In this document: positions 1 to 12,818 of the stretch, in pieces | Numbering within the stretch: the stretch's first letter is position 1 | How the letters are laid out: each line of letters opens with the position of its first letter | Assembly: GCA_003971905.1 (NCBI GenBank) | Contig: RSEE01000001.1 | Span: 992,001 to 1,056,000, forward strand | Origin: Moniliella sp. 'wahieum' | Lineage: Eukaryota | Reading direction: 5' to 3' | Length of the DNA stretch: 64,000 nucleotides | The notes under the pieces: model-generated | Databases searched by the model: none | Told to the model about the DNA's origin: nothing | Seen by the model: the letters and a program-made list of their open reading frames with translations, nothing else | Position numbers and translations under genes: made by a program

Positions 1-2563
1 GACTGTGTGCCTGATCCTCCAACGGTGCACTTGTTGCCTCAACTGGAACCGAAGGCGAGGCAGGCCGCTTCAACGATCTCCTCCTTCCGCGGTCGCGCGA
101 AGGCGTCAAACCCACGTCAAGTTCCAAAGGTGGCGGCGTAGGGTTGGTGCCAGGTCAGGCTCCCCGCCCGTCCTCCCTGGTAAGAGCAGAGCAGGCTTGG
201 AAGGGGATGCGGACCGAGCACGCTTCCGCCCCGGTGATTTGACCCGTTTGACCGGCGAAAGAGAACGGAGCAGGTTCTCGGACCAATCACGCAAAATGGC
301 TCGGTCCGAGTACGGAGCAGGCGTGTGTTTCATCACGGACGCCCGCAATGGCGAGTTGAGGCTGCTGGCCAAAACGTTCACCTTGGCCTCGCCTTTGTTG
401 GTGTGCGAAGGGGTCAGAGGTGTCCTCATTGACATACTGGGCATGGCATTCTCCTTGTCGTGCATGGCTTGCCGTAGAGCACTGGCACGCGCACGGGTCA
501 CGGGCCCTGGGCTAGACGCAGCCATGCGAGGGCCAGGTGGGCTCCCCAGCGGGGGAGGATGGGGAGATCTGTTGTCGGAATGAGAAGGAAACAGATCCAT
601 CTCTCTTTCTAATTCCTCCATTGGCAATTCAACAGGACGAACAGCGGCAGGCTTTCCCATTCCGGGGAGGAGAACATGCTCATGTCGTCAAATCCACCCT
701 CAGGCGTAGGCGAGAGACAGGGTTGGAGAGAACGTTTGGCCAAGATAGCGGCAAAGTCAGGTACGCGACCAGGGACGTGAGGCCCAGAGAGCGTCTGCAG
801 AAACCCTCGTAGGGAGTCTGTGACACCCTTGATCGAGAGTGAGAGAGAGAGGTTGGACTGCTCAGGGCCCAGGATTGGTACAGATCCGTGATTGATCTAA
901 AGTCCTCCGAAGGAGAAGTTGCTGGTTGCACGGCGACCCGAAGGGGAGTAGGAGATTGAAGTGGCGTCTTGTCCAAGCTAGGGGGCGCAGCAATAGCACT
1001 GGCTTGCAGAAGGGTCGTCGGTGAGGGTGAGCAGATGGTCAGGTCTTGATCCGTTGCCACGGTCCCATCTGCGCATAAAGATGTCAGTTACCGTAACAAG
1101 GGTAGACAAAAGGGGGCATGGACACATACCGTCGGGAGATGGATTGAACCAATGGGCGACAGATTCGAGCATGCTCAAGTTGGCAGTTGCCCCAGGACCA
1201 TCGATAGAGCGAGAATGAGACTCATCAGCCATGAGTTGAGCTTCAAACATGGCCAAGGCATTCCACATAGGGGAAGAAACCTTGTCGTCATCCGAATCTG
1301 AGTCCAGCCCTTCGTCTGTGTCCAGCTCAGTTGAGCAATCCTCCTCCTCCTGCATCGGGCCAGCGTCGGACGTAGGCTCGAGCACCAAGTTATCGTGGTC
1401 CAGATGGGAATTCAGAGACCGAGAAGAGGGGCAGGGGAAAGGGGCCGAACGTCGTGGCTGACTAGGTCGTTCCCGATGGCTCTCCTCATCATCTTCTTGA
1501 CCATCTTGTTGACGTAAAAACATGGACGGATCCAACGTTCGGCGCCGGGCACGAGCAAAGTCCAGGCTGTCTCGACGCAAGCGGCGATGTGTACGGATAT
1601 GGGCTTCGGCACGCCAATCCTCTGTTCCCTCATTCTCGTCGTCTTTGTCCACTTCCTCGGGAACAGATTGAATCTCATCCTGCGTCCGCTCAACTTCCGA
1701 CTCTGTGGGAATGGAAGATGGAGGAAGCGGTGACTGTTCATCAGACAAGTTGGGCGGATGATTCAAGTGGACCGCACCGAGAGACGAGCGACCGGGACGG
1801 CGACTAGGTGCATCGCCAAAGTAGGTCACCGGCATGGACCTCCGGGATGAACGTCTCCATTTCCTGGAGCGAGTGGAAGAGGAGGTTGGGGCTGGGCAAG
1901 AGGGGGCGAATGCTGCTCGAGGTGAAGTACGATTAGGAACCGATAGTGTATGTTGAGGAGACTTGCGAGAATACGTCGATGCGATTGCCAACGAGTGACG
2001 CACTCGCGGCATTTGTACTAGGGGGGAAAAAGATGGCCGAACAGTAGAGATTGAGCCATCAGCAGCGATGCTGCCCGCGTCTGGTTCTTGGTCATCCTCT
2101 GGCATCCCTGACGTGGCGACAGCAGGCCGTGGAGGGGACAGATTAGGGGAGAATATGGAGCTTTGATCAAATAGGCTGGTAGGAAGGTCGATGGTCGATC
2201 CGCCGGCTGAATCTAGCGACATGCTGGTGTCCACACTGGCAGCAGGGATGGACAGTGAGCCATGGAGTCGTCCAACACCGCTCCTGCACCTCCCATTGGC
2301 AGTTCCGATGTAGTGGCGGGGGATAGGGGTTATGGGAGGATGCGGAGCTCGTGTCAAACAGACCGGCTGGAAGGTCGATTGTCGAACCATCGGCCAAGTG
2401 CATCGAGACGCTCGTGTCCGCGCCAGCCGGGCGGGGGTGAGGGAGGCCGACGCGTCGATGTTGTCAGAGCGAGGACTGGGGAGGGACAAGGCGCGCGCGC
2501 GAAGACCGAGGGCACAGGGAAGGACACGGGCGCCGCGGGCGGAGGCTGGGGTGGGGTCGACAT
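1..2563 (-). CDS. Hypothetical low-complexity S/P/D/E-rich protein, frameshifted, probably runs off the window edge
   Basis: Chain of overlapping minus-strand ORFs (2354-2728, 2167-2403, 978-2717, 680-1060, 106-660) with disordered-protein composition. No recognisable domain, and the start is uncertain. Confidence 0.55.
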
Positions 2564-2869
2564 GGGCCGGCCAGCGATCATCGATCCAGCTAAGCCCCGA
2601 CTCGCAAGCGGTGGTGGTGGGCACGAGACAAACGGGGGCGAATGTTGATTTGGGCGCGGGCCGGCGCAGCGGCACGTGACCATAGTCCGATTGCAAGTAT
2701 GAAATGTAGCGCTGCATTCAACATGCAACCGCGTGCTTAGATAATCATTTCAGCTGGGGCTCCGCTTCTCAAGAAGAAAGAAGACACCCAGGTCCCAGGT
2801 GGCCCGGCGCCACATCCATCCCCACCTCCTCCTCCACCAACACCGGTGCCATCGCCACCTGCAGCAGAT

Positions 2870-4038
2870 ATGACTATGGGAATGGCCCCACTTCTGTCAC
2901 TGCCCCGGCACCAGGTCCTGTCACGGGCTCAATTGCTACCAAAACCAGCTTGTGCGGTGGCTTCTCTGACAGGATGCCCTGCACGCCTGCTCCACACAAC
3001 CACCGCTGTACCCTCCGGTCACAACAAGGTACGATGACCCATTCCCATTCTCCTTCTCGTCCAGCGATTGACCTGTCTTTCCTCTCCAGTGGTCCAAATC
3101 AAACACAAGAAAATGGCCAACGATGCGGCGCGCGGAAACCAGTTCTCTTCTTATCCCGCGAGATCATTGCATCCATTCGTTCGTTCAGGCCGCCTACCGC
3201 TGGCCGCTCTGCAGTCCAGCTAGCTCCAGGTGAGCTGGCACCCGGAGCTACCAGCACAGAATCCAATGCTCGTTTTGCCGCTGCCGTACTCAAGGCCAAG
3301 GAGATTGGCTACCCTAAGGCCAAGATGGAGGCCTCCATCGCCAAAGCCGGGGGCAAGAAGACAAGCAACATGGCAACGACGACGTACGAATTTTTCGCTC
3401 CGCCTCCCCCAAGCGGCGGACAAGCGGTGGCGTTGCTGATTGAGTGCATGACCGACAGTACCGCTAGGACGAACGCGCGGGTAAAGGAAGCCGTGAACAA
3501 GCACGGCTGTCGGTTCACCAAGACTGCGCATTTTTTCAACCGCATCGGCTATGTGCGGGTGTTGTGCCAGCCGGAAGAAGGGAAAGACTTTGATGCGTTG
3601 TTCGAAGCGGCGATCGAAGCCGGTGCCGACGATGTTCAAGAACTGGGATCAGATGACTTGGACGTGGACGAAACGGCTGCGGTAGGCGAGAATCCGCCAG
3701 AGGGCAAGTTCATTGCTGAAGTGTTGTGTCAACCAGCCGAGTTGCACAGCGTCATGTCGACCATCGCCGAAAAGGGGTTTACGGTTGTTGGATTCGACCG
3801 CGAACACCGTGCCAAGGGAGGCTTGTTCTACCAGGCGTACGAACCTAACGATGATGCCACCAAGGAGGAGTTGGCTGAGCAAGATGCCCTCCGAGCCGAG
3901 ATTGAGCAAGACCCCGAATTCCTCGGTTGGTATGAGCCGAGCATGGTGGAGAGGTTGGACAAGCTGGCCTCTTTCCTCGAAGCTGAGGCTGATGTAACGG
4001 GTATCTACAGCAACTTGGACCACTGGCCTCCCAAGTAA
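2870..4038 (+). CDS. YebC/PmpR/TACO1-family protein, probably mitochondrial
   Basis: N-terminal presequence-like stretch, then SGHNK | intron 3029-3089 (GTACGA..CAG) | WSK(I)KHKKMANDAARG. Also LLIECMTDSTART and AIEAGADDV. Two small indels near 3097-3150. Confidence 0.9.
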
Positions 4039-4491
4039 GGATACTAGAGCAAAAACAAATATATGCACCATGACTTGGTGGGCAGTCTACATTCGTTTTG
4101 CATCATCAGCGTCCTAATACGCTCGCTGGTGCGCTCGCGAGGTGTGTCAATTATGTTGAACTCTGCAGATCCTAGAAATCCCATATGAGGACAGGCGTAG
4201 GACATCCCATCTGTATGGAACCAGCGGTCAATGCGATGACTCTCTGAAAACATGTGATGACTCTTCGCATATGACAATTCATCATTCATCACTGAACTGT
4301 GAGGCGATCCACACCTAATGAGGACGGTCCTGTGGCCGTGTCATAGGGGTAAGACCATCAGCAATCGAGGTCATACCCCCTGTCAAAATAACCTGATTCT
4401 CCCCGACATCCACTTCCATCCCTGTCGCTCTGGCTATGTCTGCCACTCCACTACTGGCCTCGAGGTGGAGCCCACGCCTGCCCCTTAATTT

Positions 4492-6361
4492 TTACGCAGC
4501 CGTTCTCTGAGTAAGCACAACCAGGCGTGGCTGAGGTATAGTATACGCTCCATTTGGTCCTTGCCACGAGTTACAGAGTTCAAATTTGCAATGGCTGGTG
4601 GAAACCATGATGAGCAAAATGTTGAGGTTCACTTTCTGTACCCACAATTCGGGGGCAATACAAGACCACCGAGGAACCATATCAAAAGAAAGAAAGAAAA
4701 GGGATACGAGGCGACCGAAGCAATTATTGGGAGTGGACCAACGGGGTATTCTCATCATGCCCACCCACATGGGTTTCGGGCTCCGAAGGGGTATCGGCGA
4801 AGCCTGCATGGGCACCGTCGAAGTAGCAGATGGGCTGGTAGTGTAGACCGGCATGTATGGTTGAGCCGGCATCAAAGAGGTCTGTTGGGCATAGGGATAG
4901 GGATATGCGTTCTGCTGTGGGGGGTATGCGTAACCGCTCGACACGTTGGATGCACCACCCTCGGACGGGTAGAAGGCATTGTAGTCCGATGTAGCGCCAC
5001 AGCCGTGCCGACGGCAGACGAGGCGGCCGCTGCCTCGGCCGCCTCACGGGCACGCTGTTCTTGGAGCTCGGGCGGATCAAGGTGGGAATAGTCCGGGTAA
5101 TGTGATTGGTCCGATGACAAGACACCCTTCGTGCCACCGGGCGCAGAGGAGGCCGCCATCGTCGACTCTTGACGGTGCAAATTCGCCCCACCTCCGGCTG
5201 CGCCGTCCACGTCATGGTCGAGATCAGCGTCGGTATAGAACTCGGGGAGGGTATCCGACTGCATTTCGTGTGCCCCATCGCGACCCGACGGATCAAAGGA
5301 GGGCCAGTTAATCAGCATCATGGAACAGATCCGTCCTCTCCCGTACTTGGGCCGCTTTCCGAAACACATAAAGTATGCCGAGCCCGTCCGACTCTTCCGG
5401 CGACGCAGAAGGCAAGCTAACAGCAAAAGAAGTGTCAACACTGCTACACCGCCAACCACACACCAACAACACCACCAATCACACCCCCACTCGTCCCTCC
5501 TCCCGAATGTGAGGACAAATTATTGCCCGAACGGCCTGTCGCAGTCACCACCACAACAGTGGTCCCGTAATGGGGACCAAGGAGCCGTCACTGTTGGTAC
5601 TCGTGGAGGTGAAGAGACTGGTAAAGCTAGAGGTATGAGTCGAGGGTGAGGCATCACTAGTGCTCTTGGTAGTCTTGGTCGGTGTTGACGAGGATGTTGG
5701 ACCGCTGGTAGAGGGGCTGGTGCTACCGTTGTCTGAACTCGGACTGGTACTGGGCTGGGTTGACGGTTGGGTCGAAGGCTGGGTCGAAGGGCTCGTGCTC
5801 GGCCCAATAGTGGACGGTTGCGTTGAAGGTGGGGTGGATGTGTCATGGGTGGACGGTTCAGTCGAGGGCGATGTAGAGGGCGATGTAGAGGGTGGTGTAG
5901 AGGGTGAGGTAGAGGGTGAGGTAGAGGGTGAGGTCGAAGGGGTGGTTGACGTATCGGGCGAAGTGGAGGTGGGACTTGTAGAATGGGTCGGCGTATTGTC
6001 CGTGCTAGGGGGCTTGTGTCGAGTGGGTTCTTGGGAAACAGGTTCGCTATTGACAGGGGTGTTGCTTTCTGAGTGTTGATCTCCACTTTGCGACCCGGGC
6101 TGGCTATTGGCTTGCCGACCAAAGAGGCAAGCGGAGGCACGCACCGGAACTGGGGCCCGCTGGGTTACAAGGGGACCTGGGGTGGGTACTGTGCAGAAAG
6201 AAAATCAACGTCAGTGGACATCCAATCGACTCGATTGGTTTGCGCGCTCCGTATGGCTGGCGGAGGAAGACTTGGCCGAAATGGGCGCAAGGGAGTGGGA
6301 GGAGGGTGGAACGCACACACTGGGGCTGCACGCGCAGCAGGGAGCAGATGGCTTTGCGCAT
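4492..6361 (-). CDS. Ser/Thr/Pro-rich single-pass membrane protein (Mid2/Wsc-like cell-surface sensor architecture)
   Basis: PSTS/PSTQ repeats (5545-6144), TM segment VVGGVAVLTLLLLLACLL followed by RRRK, and a Tyr/Pro-rich cytosolic tail. Probable intron ending near 6190. Frameshifted. Confidence 0.7.
5735..5950 (-). repeat. 12-bp coding tandem repeat encoding PSTS/PSTQ
   Basis: Plus strand reads gtagagggtgag, gtcgaaggctgg and variants in tandem. Confidence 0.85.
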
Positions 6362-7673
6362 GGCAACGGGATGCTGGAGCAGCAGCAGAGGAGGAAGGAG
6401 GTGGTGGGAAGGAGAGAAAAGCGAGCCTGGGGCGGATGGCGTGGCGGCGGTTGGGCGCTGCGGGGGCGGCGCGCCCTGCTCCGTCCTGCTCCGCCACACG
6501 CACTACGCCTCAGTGTGGACCGGTTCCTGGGCCCTCTCCTCCACACTGGCCCCATGCCAACCCGCAGAGGCTGCGGGATCCCGATGTTGCGAAACTTTCA
6601 GAACGTGTGCAGATCAAGCCACCTGCGCTTTCGGCCTCCACATGTGCTTCCGGCTCTTCAGTCCATCAAAGCGTTTGCCTCCGCCCGCATTCTACACTGG
6701 CAGCACCCGGCATGTAGAAGGCCAGAGAGCACGTGGTTCCTGGTATATTGCATTGCACATGAGCTGCAAGCCAGAGAATAGGCCCTCCCTCATCAGGCGA
6801 AGGCCTCACGATGGACTTCTCCAAGAAATGCAGAAAAGGGGGAGCCGTGGGCTTGGGGTACGACCTGCTGCTACTGCCACTACGCCAGGGTGGCTCCACG
6901 CGGTACTCGCTACTAGTTACTGAGACTCTCAAGTCCAATGCAAGTACTCCAAGCAGGGGTGTTGCACTTGATAGGATAAAAAAGCCGATATACATCTCAC
7001 CCCGATAAAAAGGCCCAGGACAGCTAACTATGTGCCCCGCGAAAAGAATGTGCTGTGCTGAGGTGCTGAGGCGCTGAGGCCTCGGCACGATCTCAGTGGA
7101 CACCGATGCATGATGCCTAGCCAAGGCGGGCTGGTGCCTGCTGATGCACTGGCACCAAGTGGGGAGCGACATGGACACTCGCCAGAGCTTGGCTTGAAAG
7201 TGCAATTGAAACAAATGAGAAACAAATGATCTATTGCGATGCTGGAGACACACTGCCCAGATGTTGGTGATAAAAGGATGTGTCACACATGCATGTTGGG
7301 TACTGTGGCACTGTGGATGTGTCACCTGTGAATCATTAACCATCGCAATCATCTTAATCATCCACCATTATTCGGTAGCCACCAAGTAACTCGCAATTGG
7401 TGGCTGAGCCTCAGCGCTGACCATTCCAAGCAGAGCATCCGATCGATCGGCTGGACGAGAGCAAGAGCAACTGTACTGACAGTGCTACTAAGTAGCTGAG
7501 TACACTGAGTACTGGGTCTGAGTGCTGGCAGCCTGCTCCAGCAGGTCCAGCTGCTCCAGCCACCGTGTTAGGCGAGAGGATCAGCCAAGCGTCCCCGCTT
7601 CGTCCTGCATATCGCTCGCTGCGACCACCACCGCTGTCGGCTTGGCTGGATTAGTTGGCTCCGATTTGCTGTC

Positions 7674-10600
7674 ATGCTCCCCCCCGCACATCCCGCCCGC
7701 CGTTGACTACCCACGAACGCACGTGCCCCGCGTCGACAGCCTTGCCACCGCGCCGCAAGAAGCAGCCGCCACTCCTGTCTCCATCGCCTGCGATGGCTTT
7801 GCTCCTGCCCAACCTGGGCCTCAATCCGATCGCCAGCGCGCCGGACTCTGCGTTGTCGCCTGTGCCAGCGTCGGGCACTCCCCCTGCCCCTGCACCTGAG
7901 CATCCACCTGTCCTTACCTCCGCAGCTCCTGCGCCCAAACCCACGCGAAAGTCCTCCAGCGCTGCCCGCTCTACCCTGACTCCTCCCGACAACCTCAAGG
8001 AGCGTGGCCACTATCGAGCACGCAAGGACGCAGAGCGTGCACGCGAGCGCCATTTTGAACGTGAGCGCGAACGCGTGCGCGCCCACCTCGCATCCGTCAC
8101 CCTAACCACTCCGATCCCGGTCCCTGGTCCGGCTCAAGTCACGGCTGCTGCCGTTGCAGCGGGGCAAACGCCGCTTCCCTTTACCCTACCGACCCCAGCG
8201 CTGTCCACGCCAACTATTCCTCCAACATCAGCTTCCCCATCCCCTCGTCCGCAGGCTCAACAGCTTGTCCAGGCCCCTCCTCCGCAAACTTCGACCAGCT
8301 TATGGCAGTTTATGTTTAGCCCTACGTTGGGCTTTCGAAGGTCCACCGATGTATCGCCTTCCGAGCAACCCAATGTTGTGGCTGCCCCCTCGTCTGCTTC
8401 TGCCCCAGGTCCCTCCGCCATACCAAACACCTCGGGTTCCAAGGGAAACAGCCGTCTCCCAGGCCCTGATGGTCCCGTTCCCGTCCATGACGGTCAAACT
8501 GCCTCGTCGACTGGGGTCCCCGTGCGGCCCAATCCAAGATCGAGGCGGACCATTGCTGCGGCGTCCCAGGCCCGTACGAATGGCCCATCGAGGCGTTCAG
8601 CACAAAAATCCTCCTCTTCTCATGGAAGGAACCCTGCCACTGTGTCTACCGCTCCCGCACGGTCAGTTCGCCGTCGGCGTCGCCGAACTAGTCCAGCACC
8701 AGCGCCTAGGCCTATGACTATGCCTACATCCGCTGCTGGGAGACGAACTGCTGCCGCAGGTGCTCTGTCATCTACCGGTGGAAGGGACGAGCCCGCAGGC
8801 CTGGCTTCTCCTCGCCCCTCAACCTCTGTGCCACCTAATCCGGCTCTTCAGCGTACCTCCGTACCTTTGGGCCCTTCGACCGCGTTGCGCCCGCGGCGCA
8901 GCGTATGGGATGACATTGAACCCCATCCCCGCGCTATGATGGAGGATGAGGCATTCGCAATGCAACACCCGAGTAGCCAGCACTCCCTCTCCCTCCTACG
9001 AACCCATCCTCTGACACCAGTTGCCGTCCCCGCCTACAGTCACGACCCCCCACCTGCCTGGCAACCACGCAGCCCTCCACCACCGTTTTCCACCGACTCG
9101 GAATCAAACCTGGAGGAAGACTTGCCGAACCACCGTGGACACTCGTCTGTGGCCTCCTCGCTTTCGTCGTGGACGCGGCAACAGGCCCGCACCGCATCCG
9201 CTTTATCGTCATCCAGCGAGTCGGAACGCGGGTTCAGTTCCGAAGCAGAGGAGAGCGAATCCGTTCTTTCCCTCCAACACGTTACACCCGGCCACTATGC
9301 GCGGGAGTTCGATCGTCGTGCCGACCTGTCTCTTTCCATCCGGAATGCGAGCGAAACGGCCCGGGTCCAGAATCAAGCCACGGTCGTCGATCCTGCTTGC
9401 TCCAACCCCGATTTCGTTTTTCCCACGCGCGCCAGATCTTGGCGGGCGCATCACTGTCATGATCTCCCCAGTGCCAGTGAAGGCGAAAACAGAGACGAAG
9501 GGGAGGGAAGCGGATCAGCCCCAGAGGTGGAGCCGGACGTGGAAGTGGAACGAAGAACCCATCACACTTCGCGCCTGTCCGATTTGGCAGCTGCGAAGCA
9601 GGAGGGCATACGCCTGACTAGCCCCTGCGTTGACTCGCCTTCTCCCCCGGCGCCTTCGTCTTTGACCCGCCGATGGTTTCCGAGGGAGAGAATACTGGGA
9701 TCGACTCGTTGGGTAATGACCCGCTGACGAGTTCGGATGACTCGGTAGGGGAGTTGGGTCCCGAGTCCGGATGGACCCCGCCCAAGACGGGGCCGACTGA
9801 AAGTGAGACGGTCGCGGATGCGAATGGGTCCTGGGCCTCCACTTCATCCGAGAGGGAGGGAGAGCAATCCCCACCATGGCAAGACCCGGGGGATGAATCA
9901 AGCTACGATTCTGATTCGGATGCGGACTGGGAGGTGGAGCTGACTGCACTGGGGGAGATGCGTGCGACGGAGCGGCAAGAGCTGCGGGACGCGGCAGCGG
10001 CGTACTTAGCCCGTGCAGATGAAAGCAGTGACGACGACCACATGCAGGCGGCGAGGGTGCGACAAGAACGCCGGGAACGGTTGGCCCGTGCCTCCGAGGA
10101 TCGCCTTGCGCGACGCGCTGATCGAGTGGCTACTCCAGGCTTCACTGTGCCCGGCTGGAACGTCGAGCTTCCCCGTGCGCCCACGCCTCTGTACGATAGT
10201 GAGGGACACAATCGTGTGGCACGCATGCCTACGGCCTCCCCTCCCTCTAGTATCGGGTCGGAGTCAGACTCTGGCTCCGATTCTATCCTCCTCTCAGGAG
10301 TTCCTCCTCACGACGTAGCCGTAGCCCGGTCGTCCCCGCTTCTTCTTCCCCCAATTGCCGCGCCGCCCCAGGCACCGCCCCAGGACAATGTGCTGGTTCC
10401 TAACCCCCCCCAACCACCATCAAATTCATCCGAGCTGCGATGCGCACACTCCCTCCTTCGCCGCGCCTGTCCGTCCCATACCTCGTTTGGCCAAGGCAGT
10501 GAACCTTCCGGTCGCCCTCTGCTGCTCGTGCTGTCCCACTCGGCCCTTCTCAACTCGCCTTGGCCCGTGCCAGCGCCGACGCCCGTGCCGACTTTTTGGC

Positions 10601-11753
10601 GCGAAGCGACCTATCCCGCCGTCGCTCGTTAGCCCAGCGATCCGTAAATGATGTCAGACATCAACTTGCCTCCGCCCGCCCATCCATCCGCCCTGACCCT
10701 ATCCCTCAGACGGCATCTATATCGGGAGGGATCTCGGCCGCACCTCGTACAGCGGAGGGAGATGCGATGGTACGACTCTCATCTCGGCTTGGGGGGGTCA
10801 GAACATCAACGACTGCGGCAGTGGCCACGGGGGCATCTGCAGCCGATCTTGAAAGGGCGCGAGCTAGTATGCTGGATTCCATCTCTCAGGCGAGGGATGC
10901 GGGTGCAGGCGGAGCTCGTCAGAGAGAAGCGCTAGCCACGCTGGAACGGATGATTGGCGGTGCCTCTCGTCTGCCTCCTATCACCGTTCCCACACGGCAT
11001 TTCCCTCCCTCATGTTCCGAGGGCACTAACTTCGCGCGTAACCACTGCGTTGGCCACGCGGGTCACGCGGGGGAACGCCATGGTTCAAGATCCAGACGCG
11101 AATCTTACCCGCCCCCTGGATGTGGTACAGAATGTGCCTGTTCGCCGTCGTCCTTCGCCTGTTGCTTCCTCCCAAGTAGATGGGCAAAGCGCACCTCCAA
11201 CCTTGCCCGAAAGTGCACCAGCGCCATCGTCCGGAAGGGAGTGGACAGAATTGGACCTGCTTGCTCTGCAGTTGGAGCAGCCGGGGGACCATTATGAGGC
11301 ACTCACTTTGCTCGGTGGTCCTTGGGCCTGCTCACTTCCCCCCATGCCCGCCACTCAGAGACGGGGGCCAGTCCAGACTCGGATCTGCCTCTCTCCCGTC
11401 GTGGGGTGCTGACCGAGGCAGAAATTCAGACGTTGCCTGTCGCGCCTGTTGCACTCATTTACCGTCGCACCACCCCGAGGGGCGCACGAAACAAAAGTTG
11501 GACGTGATGGGCGTACGGGTAGAAGGGTGTGCGATCTGTTCAAGCCAGTACCGGCTGGTCAGTGGCGTGTGGCTACGTGCCTTCATGTGTACGTCCTTAT
11601 CGCTTCCCTGGCCTTACCCCCTCTTATTGTGACAAAAAAAGATGAACTTGAATCGGGGTTGAGCTTCCATGCCGACTGTGTCCAGCGGCTCCTCCGTCAT
11701 GCCCGCGTTTGTCCCTGTGCCGCCACGACATGATGGAACCGGTGCCGTCATGA
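7674..11753 (+). CDS. Large disordered protein with C-terminal RING-H2 zinc finger (putative E3 ligase)
   Basis: Consecutive plus-strand ORFs ending in CAICSSQY...CLHV|FHADCVQRLLRHARVCP(L)CRHD. Intron donor GTACGT near 11589. Several indels. Confidence 0.75.
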
Positions 11754-12371
11754 TCTTGATTGTCGCGTTGGACGGTCCAGGGATGCAAAGCGATAGGTCT
11801 CCATCCTGTCAGGTTCCTACTATTGCAGCATATGGCATTTCGATCTCAATTCGTTCTCACTCGTTCCCTTTCTAGCGTTAAGCCTTAGTAGTCCTCCCTC
11901 CGGTCTCTCCTCCCCCCCTGTGTCAGCGGCACGACATACGTCACTGGCATGTCACTCCATGTTCATCGTCATGCTGTCTACGACTGCGTGCTTCTGATCT
12001 CCCCCCTGGAATCATCGGGCTCCCCTTTAAAACCGAACCGCCTTCTCCTCTGTAACTCTTTCTCACGCTCCAATGTAATAGCACACACCGTCGTTCAAAC
12101 CGATGGGCTGTTGTAGTGTCTGCCATGCTTCTGTTCATTGCATTGCCATGTGTCTTTCTCCCCAAATCTGAGGACCATTGAGAGGCAGATCATGCAGTCA
12201 GGCCCCGAGGGCTCAGGCCTAATGGGGAATGAAAATAAAGGGCGAGGAGCAATCGGGAATGGGACGACTAGAACACCCGAGCCCAGTCTGGCCAGATCAT
12301 GCGAAACGGGGCCAACGGAGGGTAGGTTAGACCAGGGGGAGGACACAGTCACCCCGCGTCCAGCAGCCAGC

Positions 12372-12818
12372 TTAAACCTGGAAACGGAGAGTAAAGTTGA
12401 TGACCACCGCAATCAGCAGCAGCACCGAGAGCATAGTGGGACCCAACCGGTCGTCGTACGGCCCCGAGGTCCGGTTGCGGATCGCATGGGGCGCCAGTGG
12501 TAAATGATCAGCGCGTACACCATAATTGCCATCGCGACGAAGCTAAAGAGCGATGCACTGATCCGACCCACCCGATCACCAAAGTTGAGCAGACCCACTG
12601 CCAGCGCCGAGAGGGTGACGGTGAAGGAGAGCCACGAAAGGACTGGGGAGCCAGGGGGTCAGCGGCGGAGGGGCAAGTGGCACGGCACTGAGGGGGCGGA
12701 CGAGGAGACAGAGCACATACAGGTACGCTCGTTGGCAAAGAAGACCTTGGGCTCGACGCGGACAGGAAGCGCAATGCGCTTGCCGGCGGCTGCGCTGCAA
12801 AAGCGGCTGGGTGGACAT
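12372..12818 (-). CDS. VTC1: Vacuolar transporter chaperone 1 (polyphosphate VTC complex)
   Basis: [65 protein letters not shown]. Intron 12643-12720. Confidence 0.95.

Noticed and set aside
4254..4295. C/D box snoRNA (GTGATGA..CTGA)
   Set aside because: Only about 42 nt across both boxes, with no terminal stem and no recognisable guide.
6104..6923. Stack of overlapping 110-230 aa ORFs on both strands
   Set aside because: GC-rich promoter/UTR sequence yields stop-free frames, and none shows domain-like content.
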